Below are positions 38,582-50,294 of a stretch of 64,000 nt of DNA, piece after piece. The notes beneath the pieces are model-generated. The model had not been told where the DNA came from. It did no database searches and saw only the letters and a list, made by a program, of their open reading frames with translations. Within the stretch, counting starts at the first letter, position 1. Every line of letters starts with the position of its first letter. The translations under genes were made by a program, and so were the position numbers. Source of the stretch: an uncultured archaeon (GTDB lineage: Archaea > Thermoplasmatota > Penumbrarchaeia > JASLWR01); assembly GCA_964342815.1 (NCBI GenBank), contig CAYFHS010000010.1, positions 32,001 to 96,000 on the forward strand. The letters are read 5' to 3'.

Positions 38582-41500
38582 TTATTGTGCGAGATATATC
38601 TGGGTGCCGCAGGAAACACAGGTCACGGTGGTGGGTCGTACGGCAGTCATAACCTGATTCATGGAGCCGCAGCCATGACATTGTATACTGGGCAATTGCG
38701 GAATACCCGGGATAGGAGGAGGAGAAACCATATCCGGTACCGGAGGTTCGGGAGAAGATAAACCTGGGGGCGGCGACGAAAAGATATTGTCCAGTGGACT
38801 CGAACCGCCTTCCACCGGTACCGCCGGAGCGGGCGTAGGGGGCGCTTCCGGGGAGGGTGTTGAATTGATTCCCGGTAAAGGCGGTATGTAGATAGGCTGC
38901 ACCGCACCTGATTGCTCGAATGCGCCAGGCAAACCTTTTCCACTTGTTCCGTCGCCTGCAATTGGGATTTGCCCCCCTGGGGATGTTTCCTCGGGAGGTG
39001 CAGGGGGAAGGGCCATGAGATTGAGGTTTTGAGTCCCCTGTTCGGAGGTGAACGCTGGCAGGCTGTATGCTGGCGGGGTGAAAGACGGTGAAGCTGACTG
39101 AGCTTCGGTTCCCTGTGCAGTGGTTATAGGGCTCTGAGGTGGAATGGCCATGTCCTGCACGGGCTGTATTTCCGCCGGTCCCGTGTACATTGGAAGAGCG
39201 GGTCTTTCAGGTACAGGGCTAGCACCTGCTGCAGGTGGCAGTTGTGCCATGGGATACTTCATATAATTTGGCTGACTTCTTTCCTGTCCGCTTCCCCACC
39301 CACCACTGCTTCCATAAGCGGGAGAGTACGCGGACTGAGATTGGTGGGAAGCATACATCTCGGAATACTGCGGATTATGGAAATCCCTGGAACCAATTGG
39401 ATACGGCTCGGGAGAATAGCGCTGCTGTAAGGCGTTTTCCATCTCTTTTTCTTCTTCTTCCTTCCTCTTCTTTTTCGCCACAATGACTATTATTCCAACG
39501 ATCAAAGCCACTATGATAAAGCCCACTATAAGAAGAACCCACCAGTACCTCGACAGGAGGTTTTCCTCCCCGACTTCCGCACCCATATGTTCTGACAGTT
39601 CAACTCGATAAAGATCCTTTTGTTCATCAGAACCGTCGTTGGGATTGTCCGGATTCAGCCCATTGAGTTTCTCCCACCAGTCCGGGAGCCCGTCGCCATC
39701 GCTGTCAGTTGTATCCTCCCATCGTTTTATAATATCGATACCGGTGGGCTTCGGAGTAACCTCAATGGTAAGTTTTAAGCTCTCGTTGAAGCCGAGTCCG
39801 TCATCCACATGAAGGTACACCGAATACTTACCCTGCTGATCCAGTGCTGTGCTTGCATCGGGCCCCCAGCCTCTGAAAACGATCTTTTTACTGGTCTTGC
39901 CCTTTATCTCCCAGTAATAACTCAGTTCGTCCCCCTCGTTGTCCTCCGTCCCGGAGGCATTCAGGCGGACAGCGGCGCCTTCTTCGAATTTCTCGTCGTC
40001 GTATGGTAGGGCGATGACCGGCGTCGGGGCAGAATTGACCCAGACCCTGACTGCATCGGACACGGCGAAATCGTTCCCCACCGCATCCTTCGCACGCCAC
40101 TTTATATAGTTGTTCCGACCGGGTACGAACTCTATATCCTGCAGGATCACCAGGGTCTCCTTTACCATATTGTTGTTGGGATTTGTCCAGTTTATAAAAT
40201 ATTTCTCGTCGTCCCCATATGCGGAAATCGAATATTCCACAGTCTTTCCATCCACACCGCTTCCACCAGTATCGCTGATGGTCAGACCTGCTGAAACCAG
40301 GGTATTCTTGGATACCTCGTCATGGGCCGGAAGCGGGTCGGAGAAGGTCACTGGGGTAAGGTCCACTTTGATCGCATGCCGTTCGCTTTCGATGGGTCCG
40401 TTCCCTGAAATATCGTTTATACGCCACATCACGGCATTCCTGTCCCCTTCTACTAGATCGAGCTCAACCCATGCCGTGACCTTCACAGGATTGTCATCGA
40501 TACCTTCTTCCAGTACATCGAATTCTATTCCATCACCGGTCCATCCAGAGAATGTTCCCTCGCCGCTTTTCCGGTATGAATAGGCAATACTTTCAGTATC
40601 CAGACCGTAACCGTCTGCGTCGGTGAAGGTGGCCTCGACGCGGATTTCGGTGCGTCTGTACCATTCGCCGTCCAATGGAGAAATCTCGGAGATCGCCGGA
40701 GCTACGCTGTCTATGTTGAATCTGAAATGGGTGGTATTACCCCATTGATCGTAAATGTCGCAGGGAGTGATGTGGAAATACCATTTTCCCTCGCTCAGTC
40801 CCGCGAACTCCCCAGGATAGGTTCCCGTAAGATCGCTGTTCTGGTTGTAAAGCACTTTGGTGGGTTCGGTGAGAGGGGTACTGTCCACCGTATAGGAATA
40901 TCCTTTTATGGCGGTCACTTCATAGGGTGGGTTCCATGAGAAGACAGGAAGCGTGCTGTTGTAATACACCAGCTGGTTAGGGTGAGTAGGAGAGGTCACA
41001 TCGATATCGAAGGGTCCTTTGAGATCGAAGTATATGGTATCGTTGTAAAGCTCGGAAACGATACCTGCGTTGTCCCGGAACCTCACGCTGATCTTTTTCA
41101 GGCCGTCGAGAGGGGTGAGAGCGATACGTTTTTCGGTCTTATATTCCTCCCACGGCCCTTCGTTCCCCCGGTCCCCAATGATCTGCATATCTGCTACGCC
41201 CGATGCGTTGTCCGAGGCATAAATGGCAATGTTGACCAGTTTATCGTTAACAGAGAGGATATCCTCCTCTATGGTGATGTTGCCGACGGGTTTCGTCACA
41301 TCGATCTTGAAACTCTTAATGACCGAGTAATTGCTGGCGACGTGATAGACGTCCTTGGTTCGAGCCCTCCAATAATATATGCCATCCTCCAGCGCTTCGG
41401 TGATGGTGTGCTCTGTAAAAGTTGAATTCACCCATGACGAATTGTAAACCTGATTGGTCAGTTCCTCATCGTCGAATATCTCAACCTGGTATTCGGACTA

Positions 41501-42829
41501 GTGGTCGTTCTTATCAGGGTCTGTGAAATTCCATTTAAGCTTCGGTGTTCGAGTGCCCTGCCAGACCTCGGATGTTGGTAGATGGGGCTGGGGACTGCTG
41601 AAGAGATCGTAGTCGATGACCACCTTGTCGATGTAAGGGCTGATGCTTTTATCGTTGGTCTTTATGGTGCCGTTCCACCTCATGGGCGACCCGCGGTGTT
41701 TGAATACGTGGGTGGTTCCGTTCTTCATATTGACCCAGTTCACCCCGTCCAGGGTCAGTTTGTACTCGACATCGGTACCCTGGGGCTTGTGCTCGTACCA
41801 GGTCATCTTGGCGGCGCCAATTGTCTTGGTGTCATCGTAAAGTATCTTGGACTGGAAATGTGTTATGTTTGTTGGAGGTTCAACGTCATCACCGAGATAG
41901 GCGTTTCCGTCACTGATCTTATACTTCAAGACGTTTGCGTTGTTGGATGATACACAGTAGTTCTCGCCGTCGAATGCAGAATTGTAGATATTCGTCTGAA
42001 CCCTGAATTCACCTATCTTCTGATTGTTGTGGGGGGTGAACATTGCCACTCTCTGGTAGTCCCGATTGTAGCCTCCGATATACAGAATACCATTGGCAAA
42101 AGCCATGGTCCCATAATCATAGCATGTGGCGCCTATACCCCATGTTCGTACATGCTGACCATTGTCCTTTCTTAGAACGTAAACATTGCTGTCATACCAC
42201 CTCATTGCATAGACATAGGTATCATCACAGCATACGGAACCCGCCGTGCTGCCGAGGTTGTATGACCATATCTGATTGTTTCCCCTGTCACTCCATTTGT
42301 AAATCCTGCGGTTCCCCCAGTTCGCGGTATAATAGGTGCCGTCCTTGTCACCCCAGAGCTGCATCATCTGGTTCGACCCGGAATTGAAAGTACCCAAATA
42401 CTGCCCGGCCCTGGTATACCTGTAGATGGTGCTTCCCGACCAATGAGGATACCAGAACTCATTATATTTCGGGCTGAATCCCCCGCCGTGAGAACGCGTA
42501 TCCATATTCATTGATCCCTCGTTTGTTGGCGGGATCACAGGGCTGCTGCCCCAGAGATAGGCTCGGCAGTCCATGCTGCGAACAGAGCATGTAGTGTTGG
42601 ACCGGTCCACCATGGTGTAGTTGTTGAAATCCTCCACAACTCGATTCGCAAAGCGCGTGCCGGATAACTCCGCGTCCGGGGCCAAGACCTTTTCGATAAC
42701 AGTATCTTTAGGTCTTTCAATGGATGACCCGTGAAAAACCAGGAGAAGCATCATGATAAATACGACAAAAGCAAACGTTTGTTTCAACAAACCTTTTTCA
42801 GTGAAGAAAGACTCAATTGGCATATGCAA
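38582..42829 (-). pseudogene. Array paralog F (beta-propeller tip), interrupted by one in-frame TAG at 41500-41498; either a nonsense allele or recoded (probable start ATG 42823)
   Basis: ORFs 41498..42829 and 38582..41431 are in one frame; DKNDH*SEYQVEIF aligns with D-H/I/Y-Q-S-E/D in all six other paralogs. Confidence 0.88.
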
Positions 42830-43038
42830 TCACCTAAGACACCGGTGTGAGAAATGATGGTCCGAATACACGTTAAAATTATTTGGTGAGACCATCAAAA
42901 TTTATTATAGATCGGCTTTATCTTTCTTCGTACTTATATATTTTTCATCTCTACCTCGAAATTAATTTATTTTGATATTTGAATTTAGGTCTAAAAAAAA
43001 GAGAGAAATATTTATTCAGTTTTTTTATTAAAAACCAC

Positions 43039-46000
43039 TCAAGGAGCTGGAGGTTTTGGGGGCGGTTGCGGAGAGGTTTTGGGGGTTTTCGGACCGAAAA
43101 TATCGTCGAGAACATCGTCCTCGGTGCTCATGGGGGGAGCAGCATGGGATTCCATTGATTCAGGAGGCGAAACAGCAGGGGCGACCGATCCGGATTGGGC
43201 TTCCGACCATTTTGTTGAGGGTGAGGGGGGAGATATTACTGGGGATCCGGAAACGGTTACTGGATCGGGTGTAATATGTGAGGCTGATGGAGGTGCTATC
43301 ACGGTGGGTTTGGGCATGCTTGTGGGCTCACGTGTTCTGGGTGATGGTGTTGGAGGTTCTATCACCGTGGATTTTGACATGCTTGTGGGCTCAGGTGTTC
43401 TGGGTGATGGTGTTGGAGGAGATATAATGGGGGTTTCAGAGACTAGTCTTGGATCAGGTGTTATCGGTGATGAAGGTGCTATTACCGTGGGTTTGGACAT
43501 ACTTATGGGCTCGGGTTTTATGGGTGTTGGTGTTGGGGGAGATATATTGGGGTATTTAGAGACTGGTATTGGGTCAAGCGTTATGGGTGATGGTGTTAGG
43601 GGAGATATAATGGGGTTTTCAGAGACTGGTGTGGGATCCGATGTAATTTGTGAGGCTGATGGAGGTGCTATTATTGTGGGTTTGGACACGTTGATGGGCT
43701 CCGGTTCAACCGGCGATGCTGTTGTGGGTGATATTGCAGTGGTCTCCGGGACCATAGTAATTGGTATGAGTGATTCCACAGTCTCCGAAGGGTAGGTTGG
43801 CTCCTCGAAGGTTTTTTTCATCTCCTCATCCCCCGCTGCAGGGGGAAGTGCCAATCGATTTAGGTTTATGGTACCTTGCTCCGATGTGAAAGAAGGTAAA
43901 GAATATTGGGGCGGGGTCGGCGAGCTGATCACTTGTTCATACTGTTGTCCCTGCTGAGCGGGCTGGATTGAAGGAGTCACGGGAGAAATTACATTAGAAG
44001 GTTGTTGTACGGGAAAGATCTGTTGCTGCGCTACAGGGACCTGTGAAGCCATGGGAAGGGCAAGAGGCATATGTCCGGGCCCCGTAGAACCGGCAGACGG
44101 CAGCTGAGGATAAGTATCCGGACGGCCCCCGAATTGCGTGTTCGCCCCTTTTGAGGATCCCCAGCTCGAGAATTGTGTTCCATAAGCCGGATGTGACTGG
44201 TAAGTGTTTGTCATCTGCGAATATTGGGGTGGGTAAAAATCCCTGCTTCCAACCGGGTACGGTCTCTCCGGAGCTATTCGATTTGGCATGGCGTTTTCCG
44301 TTTCTTCTTCCTTCTTCCGCTTATTTTTTGCCACAACAACGATACCGATGATCACTATTAAAATTAGTGCACCGATGATAATCAGAACCCACCAGTATTT
44401 TGAGAGCAGACCTTCCTCCGTGATTTTAGCGCCTTTTTGTTCATCCAATTCCCTTTTGTAGGTTTGTTTCATCTCCTGGGTCGCGTCATGGGAATCATTT
44501 GGATCAAGGCCGTTCATTTTCTCCCACCAGTCCGGCAGCGAGTCCTCGTCGGTGTCAGTAGTATCCTCCCATCTCACTTCAGCTTCTTTTCCGGTAGGTT
44601 TCGGTTCGATCTCAATATCCAGCTTCACGCTTTCATTGAAACCATAACCGTCGTCCACGTGTAAATAGACCAGGTATTTACCCGGTTGATCCAATGTTGC
44701 CTGTGTCTCCTTCTGGTATCCTCTGAATACGATCTTCTTGCTTGTTTTTCCCTTTATCACCCAGTAGTAACCAAGCTCGTCTTCCTCGTTGTCATTGGTC
44801 CCTTCGGCACTCAGGCGAATTGAAGAACCTTCCACGAAGATCTCTTCATCATATGGCGCGTCGATCACAGGCTCCGGGGGTGAGTTGATCCATACCTGGC
44901 TCGCTTCGGACACTGAATAACCATTTCCCACTGCATCCCTTGCCCGCCATTTAATATAGTTATCACGACCCGGTTGAAACTCAATATCCACCAATATGTT
45001 CAAACTCTCTTTGATCATGTTGTTGCTCATACCCGTCCAGTTGACAAAGTTTTCATCGTCGTTACCCCAGGCGGATATGGAATACTCTACGGTCTTTCCG
45101 TCCACACCGCTGCCGCCCATATCGGTGATCGTGATACCTGCGGACACTGTAGTTTCCGTGGATATCTCATCATCCGGGATCGGATCGGAAAAGGTTACCG
45201 CGGTTAGGTCCACCTTGACCGCCCGCTTTTCGCTGTTCACCGGTCCGTTGCCGGACATATCGGAAACACGCCATATCACAGCATTCCGGTCACCTTCATT
45301 GAACACGATATCGGTCCATGCCCTGACCTTGACGGGATAACCTTCTTCCCCGTCCTCCAGTATTTCAAAATCCATCCCGTCGCTGTTCCAACCCGAAAAT
45401 GTTCCCTCCCCGCTCTTTCTGAAAGAGTAGGCAATACTGTTGGTATCGAGCCCGTAGCCGTTTCTGTCGTAAAATGTTGCTTCAGTTCTTACACTGGTGG
45501 TCCCGAACCAGACATTCACAGATGGAACAAGCTCGGAAACCACGGGAAGGACGCTGTCGATGTTGAATTGAAAATGGGTGGTATTACCCCATTGATCGTA
45601 CACGTCACAGGGTGTGATATGGAAATACCAGGTTCCCTCCCCGAGTCCGGCAAATTCACCTGCATATGTTCCGGTAAGGTCCCCGTTAGGGGAATAAAGC
45701 ACTTTTGTAGGCTCCGTAAGAGGAGTGCTGTCCACAGTGTACGAATATCCCTTGATACCCGTAACCACATACGGAGGCTCCCAGGAGAATACCGGGAGCG
45801 TGCTGTTGTAATAGACCAGGGATTCGGGGTGGGTGGAAGATGAAATTATAACATCGTATGGTCCCTTGAGATCGAAATAGACCGTATCATTGAAATCTTT
45901 CGAGATTATACCGGCATGGTCCCGGAACCTGACACTGATTTTTTTCAGTCCGTCAGTGGGAGAAAGAACTATTTTTTTCTCAGTATTATATTCCTCCCAG

Positions 46001-47681
46001 GGTCCCTCGTTTCCCCTGTCACCGATGAGCTGCATGTCAGCCACACCACTGCCGTAATCCGAGGCATTGATCCGTAGTTCGACCAATTTATCATTGACCG
46101 ATAGCACATCCTCCTCTATGGTTATATTTCCAACTGGCTTCGTGACATCGATCATGATTTTCTTAAGTACTGAAAAGTTGCTTGCGGCGTGGTATCCGTC
46201 CTTTGTTTGCACCCTCCAGTAATAAACACCATCGTTGAGTGCTTCATTGACCGTATGCTCCCAGAATGAAGAATTTATCCATGATGAGTTATACCGAATT
46301 TCATTCATGCTTTCATTGTCATAGATTTCCACGAGATAATCCGACTGTATGTCGTTCTTGTCGGGATCGGTGAAATTCCATTCGAGTTTTGGAATGTTGG
46401 TTCCCTGCCATGTTGTAGAGCTGGGGGCGTATGGCTCCGGTTCGCTGAACAGGTCGAACTCGATTGTGATCTCTTCCATGATGGGTCCGTCATCTACATC
46501 TTCAGCCGTAAGCGTGGCATTCCACATCAGCTTCGCCCCCTTATGGTAAAAATGTGGTTTTCACCTGGGGTTATCTCCTCCCAGTTCACACCATCGGCTG
46601 TAACCTTGTAGTCTATGCTCGTACCCTGGGGTTTGCTTTCCACCACGTCGAGTCTAACAGCTCCGATAGTATGTTTTCCCTGATAAAGCGGTTTCGACTG
46701 AACGTACCTAATCTTTGAAGTGGGATCCACACGGTCGCCGAAGTAGGAGTTACCTTCAGAAATCCGATATTTGGATACCGAGTTGCCGTTATCCGACACA
46801 CAGTACTCTTCCCCGTTGTACGCCATATTGTATATGTGCCGATTAGTCCGAAAATCTCCCAGATAGTTACCGTTGCTTGGATTGAACATACCGACCCTTC
46901 TATGATCGCGATTGTATCCCCCGATATACAAAATGCCATTGGCATAGGCCATGGTACCGTAATTATAACAGGTTGCGCCAATATTGAAGTTCCTCACGTT
47001 CTGCCCGTCGCTCTTTCGAAGCACTCTGACCTGGCTGTCATGCCATCGCATAGCGTAAACGAATTGACTATCGCAGGTTACCGATCCCGCGGTGGACCCT
47101 ATATTGAAAGACCAGACCTGTCTAACTTGCCAATTGCCGGGGTCCACTGCCCATTTTTTAATAGTATTGTATCCCCAATGGGCTCCGTAGAAACTTCCAT
47201 CGACATCGGACCAGACCTGCATCATCTGCCGTTCGCCATTATTGAACTGCCCCAGCCCCGAATATCCGCTGTTGTACCTATAGATAGTATTTCCCGACCA
47301 CTGTGGATACCAGTACTCATCCACCATGGGGGAAAAGCCGCCTCCGTGTGAACGGGTGTTCATATTCACTGTGCTAACATATGCCGGGGAAATGGACTTA
47401 CTTGATTCGAAAGTGATCTTCCCTGCTTTCGTGTTTATGGTGCAGGATGTGTTGCTTATGTCGATATTGTTGAGATTTTTAAATTTCTCAACAATTTTAT
47501 TTCCATAGCGTGTGTAGTAGGGCGGAACGTCGGGTAAGACTGTTGATTGGACCTGTCCCGATCTCTCCGGGGAGACCGCTACCGGGGGATGAATTGTGAA
47601 GGATAAGAGTTGGACGAGAAGAACGCAAACGGCCAATAGACTGATCCAGCTATGCTTTACCCGAAATTTATCTATTGACAT
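43039..47681 (-). pseudogene. Array paralog G (beta-propeller tip), split by a 1-nt frameshift in a T5 run at 46548-46552; tail has tandem repeats and no Zn ribbon
   Basis: Adding one T restores NHIFYHKGAKLMWNATL, matching NYVFKNRGSRLMWNATL in B, and gives a 1547-aa ORF. Confidence 0.88.
43218..43706 (-). repeat. About 8 degenerate 63-bp tandem repeats encoding 21-aa Pro/Ser/Thr units
   Basis: GGGTGATGGT recurs at 43339 and 43402 (63 bp apart); units such as TSDPTPVSENPIISPLTPSPI and TLDPIPVSKYPNISPPTPTPI. Confidence 0.85.
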
Positions 47682-47948
47682 TTCTCATCTCCCCCGTGCC
47701 CTCAAAGAAAAGAGGCGTAAATCGTCATGGAGCTAATTTTTTCAGCCCGATGTTAGATTAGTGTTCGATATGTGTTAAAATAATATTGTATTAAGGAGAA
47801 TAAATAATTATCGTCTAAATATGCATCAATCTTGAAACTAATTTGACTGGATTCATTCAAAGGAGATTCTCGGTTTGAACCTTTAATCTGAAATGGTCGA
47901 AAACATAATATACCCAGACCGTTATACATTAACAGAATATTTTACCTG

Positions 47949-50294
47949 GTGATGATAATGAAGAAAAGGTGTTATTTGATCGCAGTAATGGTGATTTCCG
48001 TATTATTTCTTTTTCCAACGGTTGCTGCCGATAATGACAGCATGAAAATTCTATTAACTTTTGATAGGTATGGAACTTATTCGGGTGGCGAAACCGCCAA
48101 GGTGACGGTTCATGTGTTTGATAGGGGAGGCTATGTGAGCCCGGATAATAAACCAAATTGCACCCTTGGGGATAACCATTTCATTGAAATCGAACGAGAT
48201 ATCGATCTGATAAAAAAAGCCACAGGTAGATACGATGGTTTTTTTCAAGTGCATGACAGCGATACAGATGAATTCAAGAGCTTGTTTCTGGAAGCAAAAG
48301 CCACCTACGGAAAGAGCGATATGGAAGATATTGAGTATAACACGGATGAAGTCAGTGAAATGATTTATCTTGAAGGTGGCGAGGATGATAATGTCGAGGT
48401 AAAGATAAAGAACGTTCCTCCTTCTGCTTTTCCCGGAGATTCCATAACCGTTCATGTAGAAGTGAGAAAGGGTAATATACTCACGGATGCCGATGATCTG
48501 GATATCAAATATGAACTTGATTATGATAATATGGACGATGTCGAATCTGACCTGCCCTATGACAAAGTTGAAACAGGGGTATATGAAATCGTTCTCGATG
48601 TGCCCGACACCATCGCAGAGAGCTGTGAAATAAAATTGGATGCAGTGGCGGGATTTGATGACTATATTTATTATGGTCTGGATTCTGAGAGAATCGACAT
48701 GGATTTCTTTTCCGTATGGTATCGCAAGGATACCGTTGGACAAACAATAACGAATTTTGACATTTATGTTTCTGATTCTCAGGGGAAGGCTCTCGGCAAA
48801 GCCGAGGTTAGCCTTGAATGGGAAAAGGATCGGCGTTCGTCTAATGAGGCTAAAAAGCTTACCGACGGATCGGGAAAGGCCACCTTCGAAATAAGCTATG
48901 ACAAGGACACGACTGATCTGGAGTTAAAAGGTAAGGTAGAAGCCAATGGCAAGATTCAGGTTTTTTCAGGGGACATAATGATTAGGGAAAGCGAGGAAGA
49001 AAATGAATTGGATGCCCCATCCCTCCGCGGACTGGACGTGATAATAAAAAATCGTAATATCTCTGGCAGTCCTCCCTACAAGGTGGATTGCATTGCATAT
49101 CTGAACGGCCAGAGAATATCAAACAAGGAAATCTACTGTTATCTGTATAGCAAAACCGAGGTATTCGCTTTCGGGTCGCCCCGAACGGATGTTAACGGTG
49201 AGTTCAACATGACCTTCTTCAATTCGATGGAAAATTCGGGCTATATCACAGCCGAGTTCGAGGTGGCGAGCGGAGATTATTACAGTAACTTCTTGAGCGA
49301 TAGAAATAATACCTTGGATGGAAAGGAGTATTCCTCAGACAGGGACATAATCTGGATTGAGGTGGACGCCTCCTTGAATGTGGATTTTAACAAACCAACC
49401 ATAAAAATAGATGCGGACCCCGTCACACTGGGCAGATTTACAGAGGTAACGGTCAAGGGGATACCGGACAGGGGATGCCCTCTCATTACATGGATACCCG
49501 CTCCGGTCAACAGCTTCAGCGATATAGAGAAATGGGAGGAGGATTTCAACTGGTCGCAGTGGGGAGGTGGAGGTTTGATGATCCAGAACCTGGAATTTTC
49601 AGGTAGTGAGATAAGCTGCAATCTAATGATACCGGAGTTTCTTCCACCCGGGGAATATACAATTCTCGGAGGATATTACGATGATATCGATATATCGGAT
49701 CCGGACCTTTCACTAGAAGAAGCTTATCACTTAAACAACTTAATATTAATGTCAGGCGAATCAGGATCCACCTCTAATGACTTCACGGAACCAGTATCTG
49801 GAGGGTTCGGATTAAAATTACTTGTCATAGGTATCATAGTTGTTATTCTCGTTATTGCCCTAACCATCGTTATCATTTTAAAAAGAAGGAAGAAGAATCA
49901 AGAAAATGCGCAAGCACTCTGGGAAAATAGAAATCAAACCTCGATATCCAACATTCCTCATCCTCCCGAGGATGAAACTCACAGATCAGATGTGGGTGAT
50001 TCATCCGCAGGAATCCCGACAATTCAACACCATGAATCTATGGACCGCAATACTCAAACGGATCAACGGTCACCTACTCCTCCGTATGGGGCCGATTACT
50101 CAACTGCAATCCACCGGCAACGAGATGAAGCTTTTCAGCATGGATCACATGGTTTCGAAATGGACGATGAAGTAGATGAGAGCCGAGCATCAGTGGGCCA
50201 TTTTCATAGGGGGCACTCTGATTTCCCACCACCACGTTCGACATATCCACCTCCCCCTACGGGTCGCAGTGGATATCCCCCGCCTCCATATTGA
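47949..50294 (+). CDS. Single-pass surface protein with acidic beta-sandwich-like ectodomain and Pro-rich tail (probable start ATG 47958)
   Basis: Signal peptide, TFDRYGTYSGGETAKVTVHV (macroglobulin-domain-like), TM LLVIGIIVVILVIALTIVIIL followed by KRRKK. Confidence 0.75.
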   Translation: MMIMKKRCYLIAVMVISVLFLFPTVAADNDSMKILLTFDRYGTYSGGETAKVTVHVFDRGGYVSPDNKPNCTLGDNHFIEIERDIDLIKKATGRYDGFFQVHDSDTDEFKSLFLEAKATYGKSDMEDIEYNTDEVSEMIYLEGGEDDNVEVKIKNVPPSAFPGDSITVHVEVRKGNILTDADDLDIKYELDYDNMDDVESDLPYDKVETGVYEIVLDVPDTIAESCEIKLDAVAGFDDYIYYGLDSERIDMDFFSVWYRKDTVGQTITNFDIYVSDSQGKALGKAEVSLEWEKDRRSSNEAKKLTDGSGKATFEISYDKDTTDLELKGKVEANGKIQVFSGDIMIRESEEENELDAPSLRGLDVIIKNRNISGSPPYKVDCIAYLNGQRISNKEIYCYLYSKTEVFAFGSPRTDVNGEFNMTFFNSMENSGYITAEFEVASGDYYSNFLSDRNNTLDGKEYSSDRDIIWIEVDASLNVDFNKPTIKIDADPVTLGRFTEVTVKGIPDRGCPLITWIPAPVNSFSDIEKWEEDFNWSQWGGGGLMIQNLEFSGSEISCNLMIPEFLPPGEYTILGGYYDDIDISDPDLSLEEAYHLNNLILMSGESGSTSNDFTEPVSGGFGLKLLVIGIIVVILVIALTIVIILKRRKKNQENAQALWENRNQTSISNIPHPPEDETHRSDVGDSSAGIPTIQHHESMDRNTQTDQRSPTPPYGADYSTAIHRQRDEAFQHGSHGFEMDDEVDESRASVGHFHRGHSDFPPPRSTYPPPPTGRSGYPPPPY

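Noticed and set aside
43079-43795. 238-aa Gly/Val/Asp repeat ORF on the + strand
   Set aside because: It is the antisense reading of the Pro/Thr repeat tail of paralog G; stop-free because of codon composition.
17030-47681. Diversity-generating retroelement acting on the C-type-lectin-like tips
   Set aside because: No reverse transcriptase or Avd gene and no near-identical template/variable repeat pair with adenine-specific mismatches was seen. The tips are N-terminal and differ by whole-domain replacement.
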